Source: a virus (Duplodnaviria > Caudoviricetes). Taken from it: a stretch of DNA of 64,000 nucleotides. The first letter of the stretch is position 1; each line of letters opens with the position of its first letter. The translations under genes were made by a program, and so were the position numbers. This document shows positions 26,509 through 37,108 of this stretch, in pieces. Where the stretch lies: the IMG/VR virus record IMGVR_UViG_3300042542_006078; one strand, written 5' to 3'. The notes below the pieces were generated by a model. It was not told the DNA's origin. It searched no databases and was given only the letters and a program-made list of their open reading frames with translations.

Positions 26509-29500
26509 ATGGACCAAACAGCAATCGACAATCTTGGCAGAACAATAACTCCTTTAATAGGAAGTATTGATGCTCTTCGTAGTGCCTTGGGCTCTTTGAA
26601 GACTGGTGATCCTCAGGCAGTTGGAGGAGATCCCAAAGCAATCAGTGATCTTACTGGTCTGATGTCAGAGTTTATCAAAGATTTCAAAAAATCAGCAGAT
26701 GAAGAAAAATCTTTGCTTAACGAAGTAGTAAATGCCATGAAAAGTGGCAAGGCTTCGAGGTCTAAAACAAAAGCTTCATCAGGAGGAACTGGACCAGATT
26801 CTAAAAGTGCTAAAAATTCTGAGGAAATCGCCGACAATCAGGAAAGAGCCAATAACGCACAGACAAGTGGTTATAAAACCGGCCAATTAATGAGAAATCT
26901 TTCAAATGAATTGAAAATTAATTATAAAGAACATAATAGTTTATTGGAAAAAGCAATCCAAAATGTTGTAGAACAAAATAACCATCAAGCAAAAATAACA
27001 GATAGCCAATTTAATGGCTATCAAATAACAAAAGAATTGAACGAAGAACAAAAAAAACTTGTAAAGGCGGAATTTGACAGTCTTCTTTATCAAAGGAAAT
27101 CTACTGATGCGGCTTATAAATTTAGGCAACAGCTTTCTGATGTTAGATCGACTTTTGACAGCATAAATTCATCACTTGGAATTCAAACAAATTTAACAGA
27201 AGGTCTTGTCAAGGAAGAAGCCCAATTTACAAGAGATGTTCGTGCTGCCGCTTATGAAACTGCTGGAGTTACAAAAAACAGCAAATCTCTTCAAAGAGTT
27301 TACGAAGATATAGGCACAAGTGTAAGAGCAACAGGAGTTGATAGAACTAAGTTCCAGCAATCTTATATGAAAGCCCTTAAGGGTGGCGTAAAAGACTTGA
27401 AACAGGCTGTTTCTTTGACGACAACTCAGTTAAATACCGAACAACAACTTGGAATGGAAGCCGGTTCTCTTCAAGACACATTTCAAGGCATGGCTCAATC
27501 AGGTCGAATGACAAATAGTCAAATATCTGAAGTCGGTCGTGGAATGCGTGATGTTGCAAGGAATACTGGTCTTACTGGAGAGGCACTTAGAGGCGCTGTG
27601 GATTCAAGCCGTGAAATTATCAATCAACTAAGAAATGCTGCGAATCTTACTGCTACTGCAACCAAGAATGTTATTGAAATGAATGCCAACGCCAAGAAAC
27701 TTGGAGTTGAAAGTCAGATGCAAAGTCTGCAAAGCGGTTTGACAAGCGGTGCTAAACTTCTGACCGAATCATCTACCGAAACAAGAAATGCCATTTTAAT
27801 GGCTGCTGGGAAAACAGGTAAGCTCAGAGAAGCAATGAATGGCACATTGCTTGATACAAAGGATGGAATCAAGTCTTTAGGCAAGGGATTCCAAGGAATT
27901 CTAAAAGATTTCGGAGTTGGTAGCCTTGAAGAAATTGATCAGTTATCAGCAGAAGCAAAAACAAGACTAAATATTCAGTTAAAATCCGTTGTGGGTATGG
28001 AATTAGGGGAATTCCGATCATTGATTGAATCTGTTAATGAAGCGGGCAAGGGATTGGGAGACAGACTGACAGATATCAATAAGAAGATGCAAGGAAACAT
28101 AACTGCCGACGAAAAAAAGAATTTAATGGAAGAGCAAAGAAGATTAAAAGCAAGCAAACAACTTGAGATGCTGACAGCCCTCGATGAAGCAGCCAAGGGT
28201 GCCAAGGACATGAATGGTGCCTTGGCTAAGTTTGGTGAAAAGAAAAAGGATTTTGAAGGCGATTTACAAGCTTTGGGAACTAGTTGGACAGACTCTACTC
28301 AAGTTGCTAGAGAATCTATTAGAGGAGCCTTGGAAAATGTTAACCAAGGACTAAAAGAAGCTGGAAAATCTCAATTAAAAATTGATTCGACTGAAATAGA
28401 AAAAGCCCTCAAAGACCCAACAGCACTTCGTGAATTGACTGCTAAAATTACCAAAGGAGAACAAGAACTTGCTACTGCTCAAAAAGCGCAACTTGATCCA
28501 GTAACTCAATCTAATCAATATTTGAGTGAAATCAATGACAATATGAGAAACTTGTCTCAGAACATCATGTCAAAGGGCATGAATAGCATAGTTGGACAAG
28601 GCGCTGTGGCAGCTAGCGTAATGGGATCACTTGCAACCCAATTCGGTCAATTTGCTTCTTCATCATCAGAAACATTTGGAGATCTTAAAGGAGCTTTATT
28701 TGGAAAAGCAAGGGTTGGAGATAAAGAAGCAGAAAAAAGTATTTTTGGCAACATAAAAACTTTGATTTTTGGAGCAGGAAAAGAATCTGGACAACAACCA
28801 GAAGAAGCGGCAAAAACTGCTGGCCAAGCAGCTACAACAGAAGCAGCAAAAACTGCTGGCCAAGCAGCTACAACAGAAGCAACAACTACCCAAAAACCAT
28901 TAGATGCATTTTTAGCTGCTGGTTTAAGTAGCAAGGGCGAAGTACCAACTTCAGCATCACAAAAAGCAGAGAGTGCTGCTGGTAAGGAAGCGTCAGATAA
29001 GTCTGGCGGTATTTCTGGCGGAAAATACATGAAAGTTTTCCAAGACATGATCACTTCAATTGAACTGATGGGTGTATGTTGTGAAAGAACACATGAGTCG
29101 ATAAAAACAGCAATTGCTGCACTTGAGCATATTGCTAAATGTTGTGATTTAACAAATAATTCGATACAAAAAGCTATTGAATCTGTTAAATCTCCTTCTC
29201 CGACTGCTACTGCTTCTGCTGCTGAAGCTAAACCAAATGCCGCAGAAGATGCTATAAACAAAAAAATTCAAGATCAGCAAATGGAGAATGCAATAACCGA
29301 TGCAAATGTAAACAAAATTAAAATTAGAGAACAGAAAAAAGAAGTAAGAATGTTGAGGGTTGATCAAAGACTTCAAAGAGAAGAAGTCAAGGAATCTAAA
29401 ACAAAAGAAGCTGAATCTTCTGCTGGAGGGGCGGCAACAGGACCACCAGATGCATCAGTACTTGATCCAAAAGCCATGGAACAGGGCGGCAAATCAATGA

Positions 29501-32500
29501 TGAAGACGGCAGCTTCTGCCGCCGTTCTTACTGCTGGCGCTGTTCTTCTTGGTGCTGCTATCATGTTCTTGGGCGATAAGCTTTTGAAATTATTGAATAT
29601 TGATGTCAACAGGATGATGGAAATAGGTACTGCATTAACCGCTCTTGTTGGGGTGACAGCAGCAGTTACGGCAGCAAGTGTATTTGTAAGTGAAAAAATA
29701 CTAGAATTTGCTCCAAAAGTAGAAGAAATTAGAAAACAATCTGGAACATTAATTAAAACAGCATTGGCATTGGTTCTTATTGGTTCTGCTCTAGTTTTGT
29801 TTGGAGCAGCACTGGTTGGAATTACCGGCAAAATTCTTAGTATGTCTGGTCTTGATGCTGCTTCAACGATTGAAATTGCAGCAAATATTGGCGCATTGGC
29901 TGCTGTTGCTAGTGGTGTGGCAGTAGCAACTGTTGAGTTCGCTGAAGTATTGCAGGAATTCACAGAAAGCGCAATGTACCAGCAACTAAGTAAAAATCCT
30001 AAAGAATATGTCATGAAAATTCTTAAGGCAGCAGCAGTAATAGGTGCATTCAGCGTTGGTATTGTGACATTTGGAGCATTATTAGTAAAGGCTATTCAGG
30101 GAATTCTTTATGTTACAGGAATTGATGCTTCTGTAGTCACTGGAGTTGTAGATACACTTTGGGCTCTTGGCTGGGGAGTAGGAAAGATAGTATTGGCCAC
30201 AGCAGCAGCGGTTGGCGTTATTATGGGCCTAGGATGGGCTTTTAGTTTGATAAATAATCCTGCTGGATGGACTTTACTTGGAGTCGGGGCCGCTGCTATC
30301 GCTGTAGCAGTACCATTAATTGCTGCTTTTTCAATAGGTGTCATATACGCTGCTGCCGCATTTTCAAATCTGATGGACACAAAGACTGCTAATGATGTAG
30401 CTGATGGAATAGCAGCAATTGCTGGATCAACAACAAGAATTGTTGGAGCATTGGCAGGCGCAGCCGCATCACTGGTAGGTTTGGCTGGAGTTGGCGTAAC
30501 AGCCTTTTTCTTATCATTCATAATAGGATACGCAACAGATGCAGTTAATGCAATAGTTCCAGTATTGGTAGATTTTTCTAATGCAGCAGTTAAAGCAGCA
30601 AAGTCAATTGTCGGAGTAATTCCTCCAAGACTTGTAGATGAAGCCACTTCTGGAATGCAAACAGTATTAGATGGTGTTAGAAAAATAGGTTCTGCAATAG
30701 TGGGAATGATTCCATACTTGTCTGGAATGAGTGCTTTGGGAACAATAAGTGGCATTCTAGCTAATATTTTATATTTGGCAGGATGGGCAATCTTAGATTT
30801 AACTCCTCCTATTGTGTTTTTTGGGACGGCAGTAATAATTGCGGCAAAAGCAATAGTTTCAATCATTAATCCAAAATATGTTCAAAGTGCTGTAGAAGGA
30901 GTCGAAGCGGTTCTAAATGCCGTTAAGACTATTGGAACAGCAATGAAAAACATGTCAGATTTTTTATATGGATTTTCTAGTAATTATGATTTCACTGGTT
31001 GGGTGCCAATGTGGTTGTATATGGCATCAGATGCAATAATAACCATTAAGAATCCAATTCTTTATTATGCACTTGTTATAAAAAATTTCGCAAAAGCACT
31101 TGGTGCTGTTTTTAGTCCACGACTTGCAAAAGGTGCTTCTGAAGGAGTTACGGCAGTAGTTGATGCAATAACCGATATAACAAATTCCATAATGAAATTA
31201 AAGGAAACAATTGACAAATATTCAACAACTGCGTTATATGCAGGTGTGCTTGTCTGGTGGATGAATGGTGCAATTAGATTCTTTCAAATAATTCAAGAAC
31301 CAATTATAAATTTTGGAATAGCAATAAGTGATTTTGCATTGGCTCTCAATACTGCTTTTAGCGCAAGACTTGCAAAGAGTGCTTCTGAAGGTGTGAATGC
31401 TATTATCGGAGCTATAACTGAAATTACAACTTCTGTTATGGAATTTAAGAAAACAATTGACAAATATTCTGTTTGGGCACCCGACTGGGTTGCTTGGTGG
31501 CTAAGGGGCGCTGTTACTTACATGCAAACAATAAGAGAGCCAATTGTAAATTTTGTAATAGAAGTAATGGGTCTTGCACAAGAATTAGGTAATAATGTAA
31601 AAATTGGTCCGGCCAAATTACTTGCAAAGACATTAACTGTTTTGTCAACAATTATTGAAAAAACAACGACAGTAATAAGCGATCTTTCCAACAAGTTAGT
31701 TCCATTAGTGAGAGGAGGTTGGTTTAAGAAATCTCCAGCAGAACTTATAAAAGAATCAGAAAACAAATTGAAGAGTTTCTTCAAAACAGTATCTGGACTT
31801 GTTGTTTCAATAATCGATGAAGTCCAAACAAACTTCAAAGATATTGGAAAATTGAAATCTACTGCTAAAATTCTTATGGTTGTTGGAATGATAATAACCG
31901 AGATGGCAAAAGCAGTTGAATTATTCTCGACAAAAATAATGCCTTTTACAAAGAAAGATTTTGCAACAGGTAAGTCTCCAATAGAAAAAATAAATGAATC
32001 TCAGGGTCAACTTGGTAAATTCTTTGAAAATATAAGTAATCTTATTTCTGAAGGAATAGTTGCTCCAGTATCAATGATTGGAAATGTTGAAACATTGAAG
32101 CCAGTTGCTAAGACATTGGCTGTTATTTCAGTTTTGTTGAATGAAGCAGCCAAGACAATCAAGGCTTTAGCTGATGTTGTTGGATTAATGGACCCAGTAA
32201 GCTTCTTCCAAGAATCGCCAATAAGTAAAATTTCTAAGTATAAAAATCAATTTGCAGAATATTTCCTTGAAATAGCTGATTTGGTTACTTGGGGAATTGT
32301 TTGGCCAATTCTCTTTGCTATGCCAAATACAGAAGACTTAAGAAAAGCTCAGACAATTTTAATTGGAGTTGCAACAATTGCTTGCGCTACAGGAAAAACA
32401 ATCAAATCTCTTGCTGAAGTAATGGCTCTGATGGACCCTGTTAGTTTGTTTTTTGATTCTCCCATGGAAAAAATTGTCAATAACAAAAAACAATTTACAG

Positions 32501-34635
32501 ATTGGTTTGATTCAATTGCCGTATTTGTTCGTGATGGGATTGTTGATCCTGTTGTGGCCATATTTACCGATACGACTCAATTGAATAAGGCGGCAGTTAT
32601 AATCAAGGCCATGAGTCTAATTGCGATAAGACTTGTTCCTCTCATTAAAAATCTTGCAGAAGCAATTTCATTGGCAACAGATGCTCCCACATTCTTCGGA
32701 GTTGCTCCGATGCAAAAAATTGTAGACAATAAAGAAAAATTTAAGGGTTGGTTCATATCAATTGCCGAATTCATGAAAACTGGAATTATAATACCTGTTT
32801 TCACGAATCTTGGTGATGTAGACATGGGCAAGGCTCAAAAAATAATCATGGCTATGGCCACAATTGCAAGAAATATATCTCCACTCATCAAGAACATGGC
32901 ATCGGCAGTTGGCATGGTGAGCGAAGGAGGAGAAGAAAGCATAGACACCGATTTTCCAATGGACAAAATAATTGCCAGCAAGGATAAATTTGCTAAATTT
33001 TTCAATACTACTGCAATATTTTTGAGAGACGGCGTGGTAATGCCTATTTTGCAACAAATGGGCGATCTTAAACAGATTCAACAGGCATCAAGAACTTTGT
33101 TGGCTATGAATTCTTTGTTGACAAATATTCCACTAGTAATCAAAAACTTTGCAAATAATGTTCTTCCATTGGTTGTAAGTGCAGACACAGATTTAAGGGA
33201 TACTCCTGCTGAGAAAATAGATGCAGGAAAAGAAAAATTTGCAATATTCTTCAGGAATGTTACAGCTTTCTTGCGTGACGGAATTGTAAATCCAGTAATA
33301 CAAGAAATGCCAGACTCTAAGACCATTCAAACAGCGGGAAGAATCATGCTTGGAATGAACATGCTGTTAAACAATGTTTCTGGAGTAATCAAAAATTTGG
33401 TTAAATTGTTTGGTGGATCACTTGATCCAAACCAATGTTTGAAAGAAGCTCCTATACCTATGATTGCTAGAATGGCACCAATTTATCAGGAATTCTTTGG
33501 GGCTGTAATTGGATTTTTGGTTGATGGAATTGCGAATCCCATATTGCACGGATTCCCTTCAGAAGATGATATGAAGGAGGCAAATGGCAGAATGAAAAAC
33601 ATGCTTTTGCTTATCACTCAAATTCCTCCATTTATTCAACAATTGAATAAAACAATTAATGATCTTGGAACCAATATTGTTGGTTTTGGAACAATGTTTA
33701 GCGTGGCGGTATTTACAGGAACTTTTGGTTATATTTCCAATCTTTTAATTGAAGGTGTTATCAATCCAATCAGAATGATGCCAGACTCAGAAGAGCTTGA
33801 TGAAATGTTAAATAAATTAAATTTGATGTCAGAAGTTGTTTATACTGCTGGAGTTGTTATGAGCAGAATGAATCAGACATTCAACAACTTCGCATCAGCA
33901 ACAAATATTTTCTCATCACTTACTGGCAGATGGGATCAACACTTCTTCCAGAAATCATTCACGGGAATGGCGATAAGCTTAAAGAGTGGAATCATAGAGC
34001 CGATCACAAATCTTTTCCCGAAAGCATCTGAGCTTCAGATCGTTGTTGATAAGCTTGCTTTGCTTGGACAAGTATTAAATAAGCTTGAAGAGGTCATGAA
34101 CTCACTTGGAGCAACATTCTCATCAATTGGCAAGATGGGAGTCGATATGAGCCAAATTAATACAATGCCAATGGATAAGTTGTTGGCTTTGGCAAATATA
34201 GCACAAAGTGGGGCGCAAGCGGCAATCACACCTGTTGGAGCAGCAGTTGCAAATTCTCCAGCAGGAGCGGCAGTATCTACAGCAGCATCCGGCTCAACAA
34301 ATGCCGCAATTGAGAATAAAGTCGCTGCCAAGAAAGCTGGAGAAGAGCCAGCGACAAATAAAGTTACATCGAAAGAATTGCAAGATATATCTAAAAATTC
34401 TTCTGATCAAAACGCAAAACTTGACACGCTTATTACATTATTCCAGAAGGTCGTCGATGCACTTAAACCTTCTCCCGCATCGGGAGGAGGTGGTGGAAGT
34501 GTAGCTGGTGAAACTCCTGATACTTCGTTGAATAGACCACCTGCCAAGAGTCCCATGTTTCCTAGGGCTGTGACCGGAAGGGTTGGACAGGGACCAGCAA
34601 AGCAAGTGAATACCTTGCTACCAATAAGACTGTAA
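26509..34635 (+). CDS. Tail tape measure protein
   Basis: 2708 aa, Ala-rich and helical, with a central hydrophobic region and long C-terminal imperfect repeats (DGIVxPI); directly upstream of baseplate genes. Confidence 0.85.
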   Translation: MDQTAIDNLGRTITPLIGSIDALRSALGSLKTGDPQAVGGDPKAISDLTGLMSEFIKDFKKSADEEKSLLNEVVNAMKSGKASRSKTKASSGGTGPDSKSAKNSEEIADNQERANNAQTSGYKTGQLMRNLSNELKINYKEHNSLLEKAIQNVVEQNNHQAKITDSQFNGYQITKELNEEQKKLVKAEFDSLLYQRKSTDAAYKFRQQLSDVRSTFDSINSSLGIQTNLTEGLVKEEAQFTRDVRAAAYETAGVTKNSKSLQRVYEDIGTSVRATGVDRTKFQQSYMKALKGGVKDLKQAVSLTTTQLNTEQQLGMEAGSLQDTFQGMAQSGRMTNSQISEVGRGMRDVARNTGLTGEALRGAVDSSREIINQLRNAANLTATATKNVIEMNANAKKLGVESQMQSLQSGLTSGAKLLTESSTETRNAILMAAGKTGKLREAMNGTLLDTKDGIKSLGKGFQGILKDFGVGSLEEIDQLSAEAKTRLNIQLKSVVGMELGEFRSLIESVNEAGKGLGDRLTDINKKMQGNITADEKKNLMEEQRRLKASKQLEMLTALDEAAKGAKDMNGALAKFGEKKKDFEGDLQALGTSWTDSTQVARESIRGALENVNQGLKEAGKSQLKIDSTEIEKALKDPTALRELTAKITKGEQELATAQKAQLDPVTQSNQYLSEINDNMRNLSQNIMSKGMNSIVGQGAVAASVMGSLATQFGQFASSSSETFGDLKGALFGKARVGDKEAEKSIFGNIKTLIFGAGKESGQQPEEAAKTAGQAATTEAAKTAGQAATTEATTTQKPLDAFLAAGLSSKGEVPTSASQKAESAAGKEASDKSGGISGGKYMKVFQDMITSIELMGVCCERTHESIKTAIAALEHIAKCCDLTNNSIQKAIESVKSPSPTATASAAEAKPNAAEDAINKKIQDQQMENAITDANVNKIKIREQKKEVRMLRVDQRLQREEVKESKTKEAESSAGGAATGPPDASVLDPKAMEQGGKSMMKTAASAAVLTAGAVLLGAAIMFLGDKLLKLLNIDVNRMMEIGTALTALVGVTAAVTAASVFVSEKILEFAPKVEEIRKQSGTLIKTALALVLIGSALVLFGAALVGITGKILSMSGLDAASTIEIAANIGALAAVASGVAVATVEFAEVLQEFTESAMYQQLSKNPKEYVMKILKAAAVIGAFSVGIVTFGALLVKAIQGILYVTGIDASVVTGVVDTLWALGWGVGKIVLATAAAVGVIMGLGWAFSLINNPAGWTLLGVGAAAIAVAVPLIAAFSIGVIYAAAAFSNLMDTKTANDVADGIAAIAGSTTRIVGALAGAAASLVGLAGVGVTAFFLSFIIGYATDAVNAIVPVLVDFSNAAVKAAKSIVGVIPPRLVDEATSGMQTVLDGVRKIGSAIVGMIPYLSGMSALGTISGILANILYLAGWAILDLTPPIVFFGTAVIIAAKAIVSIINPKYVQSAVEGVEAVLNAVKTIGTAMKNMSDFLYGFSSNYDFTGWVPMWLYMASDAIITIKNPILYYALVIKNFAKALGAVFSPRLAKGASEGVTAVVDAITDITNSIMKLKETIDKYSTTALYAGVLVWWMNGAIRFFQIIQEPIINFGIAISDFALALNTAFSARLAKSASEGVNAIIGAITEITTSVMEFKKTIDKYSVWAPDWVAWWLRGAVTYMQTIREPIVNFVIEVMGLAQELGNNVKIGPAKLLAKTLTVLSTIIEKTTTVISDLSNKLVPLVRGGWFKKSPAELIKESENKLKSFFKTVSGLVVSIIDEVQTNFKDIGKLKSTAKILMVVGMIITEMAKAVELFSTKIMPFTKKDFATGKSPIEKINESQGQLGKFFENISNLISEGIVAPVSMIGNVETLKPVAKTLAVISVLLNEAAKTIKALADVVGLMDPVSFFQESPISKISKYKNQFAEYFLEIADLVTWGIVWPILFAMPNTEDLRKAQTILIGVATIACATGKTIKSLAEVMALMDPVSLFFDSPMEKIVNNKKQFTDWFDSIAVFVRDGIVDPVVAIFTDTTQLNKAAVIIKAMSLIAIRLVPLIKNLAEAISLATDAPTFFGVAPMQKIVDNKEKFKGWFISIAEFMKTGIIIPVFTNLGDVDMGKAQKIIMAMATIARNISPLIKNMASAVGMVSEGGEESIDTDFPMDKIIASKDKFAKFFNTTAIFLRDGVVMPILQQMGDLKQIQQASRTLLAMNSLLTNIPLVIKNFANNVLPLVVSADTDLRDTPAEKIDAGKEKFAIFFRNVTAFLRDGIVNPVIQEMPDSKTIQTAGRIMLGMNMLLNNVSGVIKNLVKLFGGSLDPNQCLKEAPIPMIARMAPIYQEFFGAVIGFLVDGIANPILHGFPSEDDMKEANGRMKNMLLLITQIPPFIQQLNKTINDLGTNIVGFGTMFSVAVFTGTFGYISNLLIEGVINPIRMMPDSEELDEMLNKLNLMSEVVYTAGVVMSRMNQTFNNFASATNIFSSLTGRWDQHFFQKSFTGMAISLKSGIIEPITNLFPKASELQIVVDKLALLGQVLNKLEEVMNSLGATFSSIGKMGVDMSQINTMPMDKLLALANIAQSGAQAAITPVGAAVANSPAGAAVSTAASGSTNAAIENKVAAKKAGEEPATNKVTSKELQDISKNSSDQNAKLDTLITLFQKVVDALKPSPASGGGGGSVAGETPDTSLNRPPAKSPMFPRAVTGRVGQGPAKQVNTLLPIRL

Positions 34636-34650
34636 TTTGAGGTTAATTAA

Positions 34651-35211
34651 ATGAATGCAACATTGCCAAGTGGAGATTTGAATGAGTTTATTTTTGAACA
34701 AAAATGTTATATCGATATAATAGGAAATGGAATAGATGAAACAATAGTAATGCAAAGTCTTCCAGATATATCAGATACTAAAGGCGCAAGTTATTCCGAT
34801 GAAACATCAATAGGTAGAAGTACACCATTTAAGACATATAACAATTCTGATAATAGAACCATAAGCTGGACTGCTCACTTTATGGTGACAAAAAAAGATC
34901 ATATAGAAAAATTTTTTGGATACATTCGTGCAATACAGGCAGCAGTATATCCATTTGATAGCAGAAGCAGTCAAGGAGGATTGGGAGGCGCTCCTTATGC
35001 TCCTCCTCCAATTTGTAAATTGCAATGTGGAGATCTATTGTCAAAACTACCTCTTAATGCAATAATGAAAAGCTATACTATAAAATTTGATACTTCTGTT
35101 CCTTGGGACGAAAATACATTTTTACCCTATAAGTTTGATATTGATATGAATTTTGATATAATTTATGATCAATCAAATTTACCCGATTCAAATAAAATAT
35201 TAAATGATTGA
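34651..35211 (+). CDS. Tail tube initiator / baseplate-tube junction protein (gp48/gp54-like)
   Basis: IGRSTPFKTY...RTISW...PPICKLQCG...W fits CIS tube-initiator proteins; follows the tape measure gene. Confidence 0.65.
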   Translation: MNATLPSGDLNEFIFEQKCYIDIIGNGIDETIVMQSLPDISDTKGASYSDETSIGRSTPFKTYNNSDNRTISWTAHFMVTKKDHIEKFFGYIRAIQAAVYPFDSRSSQGGLGGAPYAPPPICKLQCGDLLSKLPLNAIMKSYTIKFDTSVPWDENTFLPYKFDIDMNFDIIYDQSNLPDSNKILND

Positions 35212-35235
35212 AAATAAAATATTACAGGATTAAAA

Positions 35236-35562
35236 ATGGCAAACTACATAGAATACACAAAAATACAACCATCTAGATTTGTTCCCATATCGAGTAGGTA
35301 CTATGAATCGCCTGTTGTTTATTATACAGAAAACAAGTTAATGACATTTGCGACATATAAAAAAACAGTTATACCAAAGACCAACAGGGATAGATACTAT
35401 GTAATTACTGCTGGCAGAGAATATAGGCCAGACTTAGTGTCTTTGGCGGCTTATGGCACTGTAGATTATTGGTGGAAAATCATGGAAGCCAATGACATCA
35501 AAGATATTTTTAATTTTAAGGCTGGTTTGAATATTCGTTTGCCAGATGCCATTTTAGGATAA
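35236..35562 (+). CDS. Baseplate wedge protein, gp53/LysM-like
   Basis: YRPDLVSLAAYGTVDYWWKIMEANDI...G..IRLP. Confidence 0.85.
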   Translation: MANYIEYTKIQPSRFVPISSRYYESPVVYYTENKLMTFATYKKTVIPKTNRDRYYVITAGREYRPDLVSLAAYGTVDYWWKIMEANDIKDIFNFKAGLNIRLPDAILG

Positions 35563-35564
35563 TT

Positions 35565-37100
35565 ATGCCTGTTCAATCTTGTGTTGTTGAAAATGGATTG
35601 CTTAAAATGTTTGGTTGTGCCACTCCAGAAGCACCCATAGAAGGAGCGGTTTACGCTGCATATGTAGAAATGAGATTTGGGTCATCAAATCCAGAAGAAC
35701 AAGTAGTTTTAACAGTTGGTAATAACTCAGCGCCTACAGGAAACTTAGCGGTAATTAATTCATTTGAATATGGACAAGAAGGATCAAGCGGATATCAAAT
35801 TGATATTGAAATCATGGATCATGGAGGAGCCATGTATAAAGAAATCATCAGAAACCTGAACAAATCATTCGTCACTCAAAAACAAGAAGCGGAATTTATA
35901 GCAATTGATTTTGGATGGATAATAAGCGATGAAGATGGCAATTCTAGATTGAAAACAAGTAGAACTACAATTGGAACAGTATTAACTGGAGTGATGACAT
36001 CTGTTGAAACAAGTTTTGCAGGAGGCAATGTCAAGATTAAAGTAAAAATAACGGCTCCTCAAGACATTGGATCAGCCCAAACAGGTTCGGAAGGAAGCAA
36101 TGATCAGCTTATGGACTTAAAAACTGCCATCAGGAATGTTTTGGTTGATGGAGAACAGCCTTTGTTTTCAAATGTTTCTTTTAGAAGTGCATCTTCATTT
36201 GAAGATGCGGGTGCAGACAATAATTTAGAATTTGAAAAATCAAAAGGTGGAGAAAAGGGTCCGCCATCAGTTTGGCCAAAAGATCAGATGAGTGTTTTGT
36301 CTTGTGTAAGATCTTGGCTTTCAACAGTAACATCTGCTGATGGTAGAGGACTTATGATTCTTTACGATGCTGCCAATAATGGAATTATAATCCAAGAAGA
36401 CCCATTGGACCCTAGCGGACAAAATTCTGGATGTTGCACTACAAGTGTTGCCACCTATATTGTCAATGGAGGGAATTGCAGTCCTGTTATTGAATTCAGT
36501 CCATCTGTTCAATGGGCACCAACCATGGTTCCCGGCAAGGGTGGTACTAATGGTGGTGCTTCTGGCGGAAATGCACCTCTTCTTGAACCAATCAACAACA
36601 TTCAGGACACAGGTTCTCAAACTAGTCCAACAATGGAATCTCATGTTTGGAATTTCATTCCTCCTAAAGATCAAGCTGATAATGCAAACAAAGCTATTGG
36701 TGCAGCTATGGACGCAGAAGAGAAGACAGGACCGGGTCTTTCAGGAGGAACTCCAGCATGGTCTGCTGATTTGAAAATAATGGGCGATCCTTTCTATACT
36801 AATGTATATAACTTCCTTGGAAAATCAGTATCAATACTTTTTATAAACCCATATTATTTTGGCAATGAAGCTAATTCAACATGGCTTCAAACATCACTAT
36901 GCAATACAATGTTAAGCAATAAAAGATATATGATTAAAAGAGTAAATCACAGTATTAGTGCCGGAAGCTACACAACCACTTTGCAACTTCAATTGAATGT
37001 GCCGAACATTGATATAGATTGGGATGCCAGTCTTGGCGGAAACGGTTGTGGTAGTTTGGAACAAAGCTTCGTTGATGCTCCTGCTAAGAGTACACTATAA
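35565..37100 (+). CDS. Baseplate hub protein (gp27/gpD-like)
   Basis: Lies between gp53 and the spike gene; C-terminal ADLKIMGDP...YMIKRVNHSISAGSYTTTLQL. Confidence 0.7.
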   Translation: MPVQSCVVENGLLKMFGCATPEAPIEGAVYAAYVEMRFGSSNPEEQVVLTVGNNSAPTGNLAVINSFEYGQEGSSGYQIDIEIMDHGGAMYKEIIRNLNKSFVTQKQEAEFIAIDFGWIISDEDGNSRLKTSRTTIGTVLTGVMTSVETSFAGGNVKIKVKITAPQDIGSAQTGSEGSNDQLMDLKTAIRNVLVDGEQPLFSNVSFRSASSFEDAGADNNLEFEKSKGGEKGPPSVWPKDQMSVLSCVRSWLSTVTSADGRGLMILYDAANNGIIIQEDPLDPSGQNSGCCTTSVATYIVNGGNCSPVIEFSPSVQWAPTMVPGKGGTNGGASGGNAPLLEPINNIQDTGSQTSPTMESHVWNFIPPKDQADNANKAIGAAMDAEEKTGPGLSGGTPAWSADLKIMGDPFYTNVYNFLGKSVSILFINPYYFGNEANSTWLQTSLCNTMLSNKRYMIKRVNHSISAGSYTTTLQLQLNVPNIDIDWDASLGGNGCGSLEQSFVDAPAKSTL

Positions 37101-37108
37101 GGAATAAA

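Noticed and set aside
28647-30866. Long antisense ORFs (28647-29261, 29373-30014, 30108-30866) inside the tape measure gene
   Set aside because: Shadow frames of Ala-rich coding sequence; no RBS or promoter box, and composition mirrors the sense strand.
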